From positions 1 through 64,000 of the forward strand of contig CAVYBH010000008.1 in NCBI GenBank assembly GCA_963766715.1: a stretch of DNA of 64,000 bases, in the 5' to 3' direction. Made by a program: the position numbers and the translations under genes. This document shows positions 30,954-42,248 of the stretch, piece after piece. Below the pieces are notes generated by a model that saw only the letters and a list, made by a program, of their open reading frames with translations, made no database searches and was not told the DNA's origin. Position 1 is the first letter of the stretch. Each line of letters begins with the position of its first letter. This DNA is from an uncultured delta proteobacterium. GTDB lineage: Bacteria; Myxococcota; Myxococcia; Myxococcales; Anaeromyxobacteraceae.

Positions 30954-33649
30954 CTACCCCGGGAGGACCACCGCCGCGGCGTCGAGCTCGAGGTCCACCT
31001 TTCGCAGGGCCTCCTCCACCAGCTCCCGGTGGAGCAGCACGGTCACGAGCCCGCGCTCGACCGCCTCGCGGGTCGCGCCGCCCTCCTGGGCCGAGGCCAC
31101 GAGCCGCTCCTCCTCGGCGTCGGCATGGACGCCCAGCTTCTTCACCGCGCGAGCGACCCGCCGGGCGAGCTCGGCGCGGGCGGCCTTCTCCGCGATGGCG
31201 GCCGCCGGCTCGACGACGGTGGAGGGCGGTGGCGCCCCTCGGGCGTCGCGGGCCCGGTCGACCGAGTCCTCCAGCCGTTCGCCGCCGCCGTCGATCACCG
31301 TGTGGCCGGAGCCGAGGTCGACGAGGATGGAGAGCGGGGACTCGTCCAGGTAGCGGGAGGCCTGCCGGGAGGGCACCCGGGCTCCGGGCGCCAGGTCGGC
31401 GGGCGAGGGCCAGCGCACCTTCCAGCGGGCGTAGAGGCCCCCTCCGCGGGGTGCCGCCTTCGACTGCAGGAAGGCGGTGCGCCCGGCGTCGCCGTCGCGG
31501 GCCAGCTCGAGGAGCGCCTCGACGAGCCGGTGGCCGGTGGCGAACCACTCCAGCTCCTCCCGGGCCACGGCCGTCTCGCGCCAGAAGCTGCCGAGCAGGG
31601 TCCGCTCCTCGGCCGGGATCTCCATCCCGGGCAGCGCCTCGATGCGCATGCTGGAACCGAACGTGAACGCCGCCTCGAAGGGGTGCACGTTCTCGTCGGT
31701 GTCGACGTCCATGCCCACGCGACGGCCGGCCTCGACGGCCAGCTCCTCGAGCTCCTCCTCCAGCCAGCGGGAGAGGGTCTGGAGGGAGGTGCCGATCTCC
31801 ACGTCCGGGCCCGGGAGGATCCTCGCCCATTCGCTCGAAGGCCGAGGACACCAGCGCCGTCAGCTCGGGAATCGCCGCGGAGCGGACGTCGAGCAGCGGG
31901 TCGTAGCCCTCGTGCTGGGCCCGGCGCCCCTCGGCGACCCGGGCGGCGAGCTCGCGGCGGAAGGCCTGGCGCGCCTTCTCGGTCCGCTTGCCCCGGAGCT
32001 TCTCCAGCTCCTCGGGCACGGAGGCGAGCACCGCGTCGAGGCCGCCCACCGGCTCGTCGAAGATGCCGATCTCCTTCTCGTACAGGTCGGCCAGGAAGGC
32101 TTCCTCGCCGGGCTCGGGGAGCACGTGGATCTCCACGGGCCTCGACTGGCCGAGCCGGTCGAGCCGCCCGATGCGCTGCTCGAGCGTCAGCGGCGAGTCG
32201 GGCAGGTCCAGGCAGACGAGGTGGGAGGCGAACTGGAAGTTGCGCCCCTCCCCTCCCGATTCTCCGGAGAGCAGCACCATCGGCCCCTCGGGGTCGCGGA
32301 AGCGGGCCACCAGCCGGTCGCGCGCCTCCAGGCTGGGCGCATCGTCGTAGAGCAGCGCCTCGAGCCGCTCGGCCTCGGCGATCCGGGCCTGCAGCTCCCG
32401 GAGCCGATCCAGGTCGCCGCCGAAGACGAGCACCTTGTCCCCGCCGCGCGCCAGCTTCCCGCAGAGGGCCGCCACCGCCTCGATCTTCGCGCCCTCGGCC
32501 ACGTCCTCGCGCCGCAGCACACGGCGGGTGAAGGCGCCCACCTTGACGCGCCGGTTGCGCACCAGGCGGGCGGAGAGGCCGTAGTGGCTGGCCAGGTGCT
32601 CGAGCAGCGCGGGGCGGGAGGGCCCCTTCTTCTTCCCGGCGGGCGCGACGAAGGCCTCGTCGTCGGGCGAGAGCTTCCGGAGGCGCTCCAGCGCGTCCTC
32701 CACCTTTCCGCCCGCGAGCAGGTCGCGCGCCACGGCCGCGTACGACCTCGTGGGACTCGAGGCGGGCCAGGAAGGCCGGGAGCGTGGTGGTGGGAACCGG
32801 CTCGACGAGCGAGAGGAGCCGGAAGTACTCGCGCGGATCGAGGCGCACCGGCGTGGCGGTGAGGAGCAGGAGGCCGAACGAGGCGCGGGCCACGGGGGCC
32901 ACGGCCTCGAAGAGCGCGTCCTCGGCGAGGTGGTGGGCCTCGTCGACGATCACGAGGTCGAAGGAGAGCGCGGCCGCCGCCGCGGCGAGCTCCGGATCGG
33001 CCGCCATGGCCTCGTGGGAGACGATGGCGAGCTTCGACTGGGCGAGCGCCGCCTCCACTCCCCCCATCGCCGCGATGCGGTCCGGCCCGAGCAGGGTGAA
33101 GAGCGCGTTGAACTTGTGGAACAGCTCCGCCAGCCACTGGAAGGCCAGGTGCTCGGGGACGATGACGAGGACCCGCTCGGCCAGGCCGAGCTGCCGGAGA
33201 CCGGAGAAGACGAGGCCCGCCTCGATGGTCTTGCCGAGGCCCACCTCGTCGGCGAGGACGAAGCGGGGGACGCGATCGGAGAGGATGCGCCCGGCGGCGC
33301 CGACCTGGTGCGGGAGGACGTGGACGCGGGAGGAGAGCAGCGCGCCCAGGCTGTCGGCGCGGCGCTGGGCCTCGAGGCGGACCACGCGGGTGCGGAGCGC
33401 GAAGGCGCTGGCCGGTCCGGTGTCGCCCGAGGCGAGCCGATCGAGGAGTCCACCGGCCGGCTGATCCAGCGGGGTGTCGTCCGGCACCGCGGCGAGCGCC
33501 CGATCGCGCCCCGAGACCACGGTGACGCCTTCGCGCCCTGCGAAACGGACCGCGATCCGGCGGGCGTCCTCGCCCACCTCGAGCACGATTCCGACGCCCC
33601 ACCCGGGTTGTGCCCGGTGGACGAGCTTCTGCCCCTTCTTCCAGGTCAT
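30954..33649 (-). CDS. rapA: RapA/HepA-like SNF2-family helicase (frameshifts near 32745 and 31815)
   Basis: LADEVGLGKTIEAG, VDEAHH, LLTATP, GGEGRNFQFA, LEQRIGRLDRLGQ and C-terminal GH.LV motifs. Confidence 0.85.
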
Positions 33650-33736
33650 TTCGCCCGGTCCTCTACCCCGACGCGTGGCCCGAAACCATTCATTTAAACC
33701 CCCGCGGCGCCAGGCCCCTGGAACCCCCGACGATCG

Positions 33737-33765
33737 TTGACACCGGCCCCCCGCCAAGCTAGAAC
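33737..33765 (+). promoter_or_regulatory. Sigma70-type promoter of the tRNA-Val/tRNA-Asp operon
   Basis: TTGACA-N17-TAGAAC about 22 nt upstream of tRNA-Val. Confidence 0.65.
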
Positions 33766-33787
33766 CCCGACCGCTCCACCGCCTCGG

Positions 33788-33859
33788 GGGCGGATAGCTC
33801 AGGGGTAGAGCGTCGCCCTTACAAGGCGAGGGTCGCAGGTTCGAAGCCTGCTCCGCCCA
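33788..33859 (+). tRNA. tRNA-Val(TAC)
   Basis: GGGCGGA/TCCGCCC acceptor stem, anticodon arm TCGCC-CT-TAC-AA-GGCGA, GGTTCGAAGCC T arm; CCA not encoded. Confidence 0.96.
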
Positions 33860-33873
33860 ATCGTCTTTGAATT

Positions 33874-33950
<77 letters not shown>

Positions 33951-33968
33951 CATCGGCAGCAATGCCAC

Positions 33969-34005
33969 AAGGCTCCAAGCTCCCAAGCTTGGGGCCTTTT
34001 CTTTT
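33969..34005 (+). terminator. Rho-independent terminator after the tRNA operon
   Basis: 13-bp stem AAGGCTCCAAGCT/AGCTTGGGGCCTT (one G-U pair), 4-nt loop, followed by a T-rich tail. Confidence 0.8.
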
Positions 34006-34094
34006 GCGGAAGGGGGGCTACGGATTTGTACGGCCTCTTTCGGCGCGATGCGGTTGCACTCCACCGCGCGGCACATCGCCGGCCAGACCTCCTC

Positions 34095-34290
34095 CAGGCG
34101 ACCTTCATCCCGGCGGCGGCCTCCCCCGCCCTCATGCCGGTGAAGAACTCCAGGGCGTACGGCACGCGCCGGTCCTCGGCCACGCGCTCGTCGTGGGTCA
34201 GGCCGTACAGACGCAGGGGCTCACCACGATGAGGTCCTTCCGCGCGGAGTCGCCGATGTGGTCGAGCGCCGTGCCGGAGGAGTACTCTCC
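34095..34290 (-). pseudogene. Decayed tyrosine recombinase / integrase fragment
   Basis: DERVAEDRRVPYALEFFTGMRAGEAAA (catalytic Arg box I, TGxRxxE) plus an out-of-frame upstream piece RKDLIVVSPCV; no HxxR or Tyr box; next to the tRNA 3' end. Confidence 0.7.
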
Positions 34291-34322
34291 TCCACGTCGC
34301 GGCGCACAGGAGGCGTCACCCG

Positions 34323-35761
34323 ATGGCCAGAACGACGAAGAAGCCGGACGTGAGCCCGTCGAATCCGCGCGACGGAAAGCGCACGAAGCACGACCTCGCC
34401 TGGCACCTGTCGCAGGAGGAACGGTACGCGGCGGGCAAGGCACTCCGGAAGGCCTGCCCCCGGGAATCGCACGCCGAGTGGAAGGCGCCCGCCGGACGCC
34501 GCGATCCGATTGAGATGGTCCTCGCGGCCGAGAAGGGGCGGCTGCCCGAGCTGCTCCCGCTCCGCCACGGACGCATGGTCCGCTCCGCGTTCACCTTCTA
34601 TCGCGGGTCGGCCCTCCCCATGGCGGCCGACCTGGCGTCCACGCCGTCGTCGGGCGTGTACGTCCAGTGCTGCGGGGACGCGCACCTCTCCAACTTCGGG
34701 GGGTTCGCCACCCCGGAGCGGAGGATCATCTTCTCCATCAACGACCTCGACGAGACCCTTCCCGCTCCGTGGGAGTGGGACGTGAAGCGCCTCGCCGCGA
34801 GCTTCGTCGTGGCGTGCCGGGACAACGGCCAGAAGGATTCGGCAGCCAGGGACGTGGCGACCACGTGCGTCCGCACCTACCGCGAGGCGATGGGCAAGTA
34901 CAGCAAGCTGAAGACGCTGGAGCTCTGGTACGAGTCGCTGGAGGCTCGCGAAATGCTGCGCACCATCAAGGATCCCGGCGATGCACCGGCGGGTCGTCGA
35001 GCGCCTGGAAAAGGAGAGGGGGAAGAGCAAGGGAGAGGAGATCTTCCCGAAGCTCGCCGGGCGGAAGGGGGACCTGCACGTCATCAAGGACCAGCTCCCG
35101 ACCATCTTCCACGCCAAGGGTCACGCTCCCGGCGAGGTCCAGCAGGCCATCCGGGACGCGATGGCCGGCTACCGCGCCACGCTGCCGTTCCGCCTACCAG
35201 TCCCTGCTCGAGCGCTACGAGCTGCGGGACGCCGCCATCAAGGTGGTGGGGATCGGAAGCGTCGGGACGTCCTGCTGGGTGCTGCTCTTCATGGCCGGCG
35301 AGAGCGATCCCCTCTTCCTCCAGGTCAAGGAGGCGCGTCCCTCCGTGCTGGAGCCCTACGCGGGAAAGAGCGCCTTCCCGAACCAGGGCCAGCGCGTGGT
35401 GGATGGGTACCGGCGCATGCAGCCGGCGAGCGACATGTTCCTCGGGTGGACCCGGGGCCCGGCGCGCGACTTCTTCGTGCGGCAGCTCCGGGACATCAAG
35501 GTTAGCGCCCGGGTGGAGACCTTCGACGAGACCGTGATGGCCCTCTACGCCACCTGGTGCGGGAAGGCGCTGGCGCTGTCCCATGCCCGCTCCGGGCTCT
35601 CGGCGGTGCTGAGTGGCTACATGGGGAAGAGCGACGTCTTCGACGAGGCCATCGCGGCCTTCTCGATGGCGTACGCCGACCAGAACGAGAAGGACCACTC
35701 GGCGCTCGCGCGTGCGGTCCGCACGAAGAAGGTGAAGGCGGTGTTCGAGGAAGACCGGTGA
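34323..35761 (+). CDS. DUF2252 family protein, copy 1 (frameshifts near 34980 and 35188)
   Basis: RHGRM..SAFTFYRGSA, CGDAHLSNFG, INDLDET.PAPWEWDVKRL, KVVGIGSVGT, LQVKEA and VRQLRD.K motifs. Confidence 0.9.
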
Positions 35762-35867
35762 GTCCCGATCCACGGGACTTCTCGGTCGTCCTGGGGGGGC
35801 TCCGCTCGCGCTCACCATGATGCCCCTGGAGCAGCTGCTGCGGTCGCTGCTCCGCGTCCTGGTCTAG
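35758..35867 (+). pseudogene. Probable internally deleted membrane-protein gene (only the two termini remain)
   Basis: GTG coupled to the DUF2252 stop gives VSPDPRDFSVVLGG; a different frame gives APLALTMMPLEQLLRSLLRVLV-stop. Confidence 0.45.
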
Positions 35868-35903
35868 ACGGCGACCACGGCCCCCGGAGGATCTCGAGGC
35901 CGG

Positions 35904-36917
35904 TCACATCTCCGGGGCGATCTCCGCTCCGCTCGTCGACACGCGGCCGCATGCGCGGCTGAGCGTCTCGCTGGGCTTCTCGCCGAACATCGCGCGGTAG
36001 TCGCCGGAGAAGCAGCCGAGCCGGAAGAATCCCCACCTCATTGCTACGGCCGCCACGGTCGTGCCTCGCCTCGCCCGCTCCAGGTCCTTGCGGGCCGCCG
36101 AGAGCCGGAGCGACTTCCAGTACGCCATCGGGGAGGTCCCAAGGGCAGCCCGGAAACTGCGGTGCAAGGCTGGCCGTGAGGCGCGAACGGCCGAGCAGAC
36201 GTCGTCGATCTGGACCGGCTCATCCAGGGATTGGCGCAGGAACGCCTCGGCCCGGAGGGCGACGTCCCGGCTCGGCCGCAGGGGCGTGGTCACGGGTACC
36301 GGTTCGACGCCATCCATGACGGCGCCGATGACCTCCTGCTCCATCAGCTCCACCAGGCCGGGGTCCGTGAGTATCCCGGGCTGACGCCGCGCGTGTTTGA
36401 GCCACCAGGCCCAGGTGGAGAGGAGGCGCCGCCGGCTTGCCGGGTCCCGGAAGCGCAGCCCGGGCCCGGAGAGCCTCGTCGGGAACCGCACCCCCCAGTG
36501 CGTCAGGGAGGCGTCGTCGAGACGGTCCGGATCGACGCACAGGCCGAAGAGCGTGTGCGGGGCGGTCGAGATGATCTCGAACTCGCCACCCCGAGGCACG
36601 ACGCCGAGCAGGTCTCGCGCCCAGGGGTGTCGCTGGAGGTGAAGGGAGGGCCCCCGGAGGTTCACGGCGACGACGGTCAGGCCTCGAGGCGGCGCGCCCC
36701 GGAGGAGCACCCCGGGGGCACGGGAGATGACGGCGAGTTCCATGGACGGCGTGTGTGCGAAGGTCGTCCGTGCGCACGGAACGCCGCGACCGAGTTGCAC
36801 GTGCGACTGGTCCCAACCGGGGCTCAACCTTGGGATGGCGTCGAAATCGTCGACGCGGATCGGCCCGCCGGAGCCAGCCGGAAAGACGGGGGGTGGCGAG
36901 GGCGGGGTCGGGATCAC
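35904..36917 (-). CDS. AraC-family transcriptional regulator (EutR-like)
   Basis: C-terminal double HTH: VCSAV.AS..ALHRSF..SPMAY..RL..VA.VAMRWGFF.LG.FS..YR.MFGE.PSETL; TATCCT 8 nt before the GTG. Confidence 0.88.
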   Translation of the reverse strand: MIPTPPSPPPVFPAGSGGPIRVDDFDAIPRLSPGWDQSHVQLGRGVPCARTTFAHTPSMELAVISRAPGVLLRGAPPRGLTVVAVNLRGPSLHLQRHPWARDLLGVVPRGGEFEIISTAPHTLFGLCVDPDRLDDASLTHWGVRFPTRLSGPGLRFRDPASRRRLLSTWAWWLKHARRQPGILTDPGLVELMEQEVIGAVMDGVEPVPVTTPLRPSRDVALRAEAFLRQSLDEPVQIDDVCSAVRASRPALHRSFRAALGTSPMAYWKSLRLSAARKDLERARRGTTVAAVAMRWGFFRLGCFSGDYRAMFGEKPSETLSRACGRVSTSGAEIAPEM

Positions 36918-37144
36918 GCGAGGACAGGATAGTCGATGTGCGTGCGCCGCCCCGGCGAATTCCCGGCACGGTGACCACTTTGGGTGAGGCGGGTTCGCCT
37001 CGGTCGGCGCGGAACCGAGGTGAGCGAGACAAACCGGACAGACGTGTGACAGGCATTCGGCGATAGTGATTCGCTCGGGGTTCATGGGCTCGGGCTTGCG
37101 CCACCCCTTCGTCCGGACCTCCTTTGGGCCCAGGAGACGACCGC

Positions 37145-37924
37145 ATGACTTTCGCCACCTTGACCGCCGCGCTGCTCCTCGCACTGGGGGATGGCGCCGC
37201 CCCAGCGAAGCCATCCGAACCCGGGACCCAGCCACCCGCGGCCTCGGCTCCGGCGAAGGACCCCGCGGCGTTGACGCTCCTGAAGCGGATGTGCGACCGC
37301 CTCCAGGCGGCGAAGACCTTCACCGTCCGGGGGCAGGCGTCCCTCGAGCTTCCCGTGGCCGACGGCACGCTGGCCACCTTCTTCAACGAGTACGACATCG
37401 CCGTCCGGCGCCCGGACGGGCTGGCGGCGCATCGGGTGGGCGACCTTCCCGACTTCCGCTTCGTCTACGACGGGAAGGCCATGACCGTGCTCGTGTCGGG
37501 CAAGGGGCGGTGGGGCACGACGGGCGCTCCTCCCACCCTCGACGCCATGCTCCCGGTCGCCGGGGAGCAGGGGGGGCTCAACATGCCCTTCGACGAGCTC
37601 CTCGTCGCCGACCCCTGCGCCGCCATCACCGCAGGAGTCAGGGAGATCGTGGTGACCACGCCGGCCACGATCCGGGGGAAGAAGGTCGAGCACCTCGTGC
37701 TGTCGGGCCCGCAGCTCCGCATCGAGTACTGGATCGACCCGGCCACGGCGCTGCCGGCGCGCTCGCTCGTGGTCTACGTCGACGACCCGCAGCGGCCGCA
37801 CTTCCAGGTGGAGTACGCCGAGTGGAAGCTCGACCCGAAGCTGCCCGCCTCCACCTTCGCCCTGCCCAAGCCGAAGGGCGCCACCCAGGTCGACTTCCGC
37901 GAAGCCGCCAGCGAGTTCCAGTAA
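37145..37924 (+). CDS. DUF2092 periplasmic protein (LolA-like fold predicted)
   Basis: Signal peptide; LLKRMCDRLQAAKTF, VRRPD, F.YDGK and W..D....P..F pattern. Confidence 0.75.
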   Translation: MTFATLTAALLLALGDGAAPAKPSEPGTQPPAASAPAKDPAALTLLKRMCDRLQAAKTFTVRGQASLELPVADGTLATFFNEYDIAVRRPDGLAAHRVGDLPDFRFVYDGKAMTVLVSGKGRWGTTGAPPTLDAMLPVAGEQGGLNMPFDELLVADPCAAITAGVREIVVTTPATIRGKKVEHLVLSGPQLRIEYWIDPATALPARSLVVYVDDPQRPHFQVEYAEWKLDPKLPASTFALPKPKGATQVDFREAASEFQ

Positions 37925-37935
37925 GGGGGCCGAGC

Positions 37936-38302
37936 ATGCGCGCCAGCAACCTCGTCGTCGCAGGCCTTCTCGCCAGCCTGGCCATTCCAGGCACCGGCCA
38001 GGCAGTCGTCGTCGTCCGTCGTCGCCCGGCCCCCGTCGTCGCCGCCGTGCGTCACGGCGACGGCGGTCGTGGTCGCGGCCGTCGTGTCCAAGCCACCGCC
38101 CACCCCGCCGCCTCCGCCGTCGGCGCCGCCGCCGCCGCCGGTGACGAGCCCCCTCCCCATCGACAGCACGACGTGGGTGCTCCCGTCGGGTTGCCTGGGA
38201 GTGACGGTGAAGGGCGAGACCCTCTACCAGTGCGGGCCGAGCTGGCTGAAGAAGCAGCAGAGCGACAAGGGCACCTGGTACCTCGTCGTGCCGCCTCCGT
38301 AG
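37936..38302 (+). CDS. Small secreted proline-rich protein with a LPSGC..YQC..W..Y.VV.PP domain (frameshifted)
   Basis: Signal peptide, poly-Pro linker and two-Cys C-terminal module; directly follows DUF2092. Confidence 0.65.
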
Positions 38303-38344
38303 CGCGCGAGCCTGCCGGATTCGATTCAGGAGAGGGAGTTGCCC

Positions 38345-40138
38345 ATGAACCGCTTCACGATGGCCCTGGCCCTCGTCGGCCTGGCTGCCGCACTGTCCGC
38401 ACCCGCCCCGGCCCGTGGCGCCGACGCACCTCGCCGGCCCAACATCGTCATCATCCTCGGCGACGACCTGGGGTACGCCGACATGGGCTCGTTCGGCAGC
38501 GAGATCAAGACGCCGAACCTCGACGCCCTGGCCGCGAACGGGACGCGCTTCACCGACTTCTACACCCACGCGACCTGCTCGCCCACCCGGTCCATCCTCC
38601 TGAGCGGCGTCGACACCCACGTGAACGGGCTGGGCAACATGGACGAGTGGACGGCCCCCAACCAGGAGGGCGTCCCGGGCTACGAGGGGCACCTCAACCA
38701 CCGCGTGGCCACCCTGCCGCAGCTGCTCCGGGATTCCGGCTACCACACGTACATGGTGGGCAAGTGGCACCTGGGGAAGTCGCCCGACCTCATCCCGGCG
38801 GCGCGCGGCTTCGAGCGCGACTTCTCGCTGCTCGACGGGGCCGGAAGCTACTGGGACATGACCAACTTCACCGCCCTGTCGCCGCGGTCGCTCTACACCG
38901 AGGACGGGAAGTACCTGAGCTCGCTGCCGTCGGACTACTACGCGACGAAGACCTACACCGACAAGCTCATCGACTTCATCGACGCCAACCGCGGCGACGG
39001 GAAGCCCTTCTTCGCCTACGTCGCCCACCAGGCGCCGCACGACCCGTACCACCTGCCCCGGGACTGGCGCTCCCGCCACGTCGGCGAGTACGACAAGGGC
39101 TGGGACGCGGTCCGCCAGGAGCGGCTGAAGCGCCAGATCGAGTTCGGAATCCTGCCCAAGGACACGGACCTCGCCGAGCGGATGTGGTTCATTCCCGATC
39201 CCATCGTGCTCGCGCCGGTCGCCCGGGCCATGCTCGGCAAGAAGATGGAGCTCTACGCCGGCATGGTGGAGAACCTCGACTTCCACGTCGGCCGACTCGT
39301 CGATCACCTGAAGGAGATCGGCGAGTACGACAACACGGTGTTCATCGTGTTCGGGGACAACGGCGCGGAGGGCACCGACCTCTTCGCCATGATCTCCGGC
39401 AGTCCCGGCACGCTGAACTTCCTGTTCGCCGCGCAGAACTGGTCGAACACGTCCAGCCCAACGCCTGGGGCGACCCGGGCTCGTACGTGGCCTACGGGCC
39501 GATGTGGGCGCAGGTCTCGATGACCCCCTTCAGCCAGTACAAGGGATGGGTCGCGGAAGGGCGGCATCCGGAACGCGCTCATCGTCAGCGGTCCGGTCGT
39601 GAAGCGGGTCAAGGGCGACATCAACCACGGCATCATGCACGTGGCCGACATCCTGCCCACGCTGCTCGAGATCGCCGGCACGACCTATCCGAAGACCCAG
39701 GGCGGCCAGGAGCTTCCCCCGCTCATCGGCAAGTCCTGGGGTCCGGTGCTGGCAGGGAAGGCGGAGTCGCCGCGGACGGAGAAGGACTATCTCGCCTGGG
39801 AGATCTTCGGGAACCACGCCGTCCGCCAGGGCGACTGGAAGCTCCGCTGGCAGTACAAGCCGCTGGGCAAGGGGGCCTGGGAGCTCTTCAACCTGAAGGC
39901 CGATCCCGGCGAGCGGAAGGACCTCGCCGCGGAGAGGCCGGAGAAGGTGAAGGAGATGATCGCGCTGTGGGACGAGTACGCCCAGGCGAACAACGTGATC
40001 CTGCCCAGCCGCTCGGTGTTCGAGACCCTGGACGACCAGCTCCCGCCGCGCACGCCGGTCGACCCGGGTTACCCCCCGCTCATCTACAAGCGGCAGTTCG
40101 TGCCCCCGAAGGACATGGTGGCGGAGCCCAAGCCATGA
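38345..40138 (+). CDS. Arylsulfatase, Cys-type (frameshifts near 39450 and 39560)
   Basis: RPNIVIILGDDLG, CSPTR (CxPxR), GKWHLG, APHDP, GDNG and WELFNL..DPGE motifs; signal peptide. Confidence 0.93.
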
Positions 40139-41140
40139 TCGCACTCGACGGAGGTCCCATGAGGCCGGTCGCCCTGCTCCGCTGGTTCCCGCCGTGCTGG
40201 TCGCCCTGTGCGCGCTGCTCCCGCGCGTGGCGGAGGCCCAGGCGCGCTACTACTGGAAGTCGCTCGCCGGGGCGAACGTCGTCCCGGTCATCTTCGAGGC
40301 GCTGAGCGGCAACGCGAACCCGGCCGACCCGGCCCACACGTCGTGCCCGGCGGCAACGTCTCGGGAACGATCGGGGTGGCCGGCTACTCGCGCATGTTCT
40401 CGCTCTTCGACCGCGGCGCGATGGCCGCGATCATCGTCCCCATGGGGCACATCTCGGGCGAGTCCAGGCTCGCGGGCAACACGTTCTTCCAGTCGGCGAA
40501 CGGCTTCGGCGACCCGATGCTCGAGTTCGTCATGAACGTCGTCGGCCCGCGCGCGCAGAAGAACCTCGCCGACGTCGTGCGCTACGAGCCGGGGTTCTCC
40601 CTGGACGTCCTCACCGATTTCGCCTTCCCCATCGGCCAGTACAGCAGCAGCCAGCCGCTGAACCTCGGACAGAACCGCTGGTACGGGCGCGTGGGCCTGC
40701 CCATCGTCTGGCAACTCGGGCCATGGGTCCCGGGGGAGCGGACGACCGTGGAGGCCCTGCCCGCGCTGTGGTGGTTCGCGGCCAACACCGACTACATGGG
40801 GGGGAAGACCCTCACGACGGACCTCCTCTTCCAGCTCGACGGGCACGTGACGCGCGACCTCACGTCGAGCCTCTGGGTGTCCCTCGACGTCCTCTGGTAC
40901 TACGGGGGCACCGCGTCCATCGACGGCATCGCCGGGGACAAGCTCAACAACTTCGGCATCGGCGCCACGGCCGGCTACCAGATCACGGAGAACCTGGGGC
41001 TCACGGCGAGCTACATGATGCTCGTGAGCAGCGGCTCCCCGAACTCCCTGCAGATGGACAAGTTCGTGTTCTCGCTCCTCTACGGGTGGCATTCCCTCGT
41101 CGAGGGGGCGCGGCGGCTGGAGGAGAACGGCAAGAAGTAG
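40135..41140 (+). CDS. Outer-membrane beta-barrel 'transporter' (MetA-pathway / phenol-degradation-like family), frameshifted
   Basis: GFGDP, P.GQY....LNLGQNRW and QLDGH motifs; amphipathic strands. Confidence 0.75.
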
Positions 41141-41163
41141 GGGAAGCGGTCCGGGGGTCTCGC

Positions 41164-42203
41164 TTGCGCCGCCGCCTCGCCACGCTCTCCGCCGCGACCG
41201 TCGCGCTGCTCGCGCTCGGCTCTCCCTGGGCCGCCGTCGGCCCGGGAGACGACCGACCTCGTGGTGCTCGTGAACGGGAACAACATCAACGGCGAGATCA
41301 TGGGGCTCTCGCGCGGGAAGCTCGACTTCAAGACCGACGACGCGGGCCGGCTCTCCATCGAGTGGCTCAAGGTGGTCCGGGTAACGAGCACCTTCACCTA
41401 CGAGGTCGAGACCTCGGCAGGGGTGAAGCGCTACAGCGCCCTGTTCGCGCCGGACGGGGACGAGCGAGGCGTCGTCCAGCTGCACGACGGGACCCGGATC
41501 CCCGTGGAGGAGATCGTCTCCCTGGTCCCCATCGACGCCGGCTTCTTCAGCCGGCTCAGTGCCTACTTCGACCTGGGGCTCTCGCTCGCCAAGGCGAACA
41601 ACGCACTCACCCTCACCTCGGACGGCTTCGTCGGCTACCGCGGCGAGCGCATGGGAACGAGCCTCCAGTTCAACCTCTACCTCCAGGCCACCAACCGCAC
41701 CCCCGCCGCGTCCAGCGCCACGATCCAGTGGACGGGGGACCTCTACTTCGGCCGGTGGACGGCCACGGTCGGCGCCGTGGCCCAGGAGAACAGCGAGCTC
41801 GACCTCAAGCTCCGCCTCATCCTGCTCGGCGGGGCGAGGTACTCCGCCATCCAGACCAACCTCATGGACCTGCTGGCGGGCGCAGGGCTCGCCGGAATCC
41901 GGGAGCAGTACACGACGGGAGATCCCAGCGTGGTACCTGGCCGGGTACGTGGCCGGGTCGTGGAGCATGTTCCGCTACGACAGCCCGAAGCTCGACCTGG
42001 GGCTCGACGTGGCCGCGTATCCGTACCTCACCGACTTCGGGCGCGTCCTCCTGCAGGGGACCATCCGGGTCACCTACGAGATCTTCGCGGACTTCAACGC
42101 CGGGCTGAACTTCACCGACACCTACGACAGCCGCCCCCCCGAGGGCGGCGTGAACAACGACTTCAACATGTCGATCACCATCGGGTGGTCGTACCGCAGG
42201 TAG
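41164..42203 (+). CDS. DUF481-like outer-membrane beta-barrel protein, frameshifted
   Basis: D.VVL.NG..I.GEI N-terminal module; YDSRPP..N.D..ITIGWSY C-terminus. Confidence 0.7.
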
Positions 42204-42248
42204 CTCGGTGCGCAACCCGCTCCAAGGAGGAGATCCCGTGAGGGCAGC

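Noticed and set aside
27608..33649. Apparent ArgE-DapF and RapA-HutF fusions in the ORF track
   Set aside because: Each upstream gene has a natural C-terminus and stop in an adjacent frame (28415, 30954); indel artefacts
30954..33649. SNF2 helicase as an anti-phage defence gene (with the WYL genes)
   Set aside because: Motifs and length match housekeeping RapA/HepA, it sits among core genes more than 11 kb from the WYL pair, and no methylase, nuclease or other defence partners are adjacent
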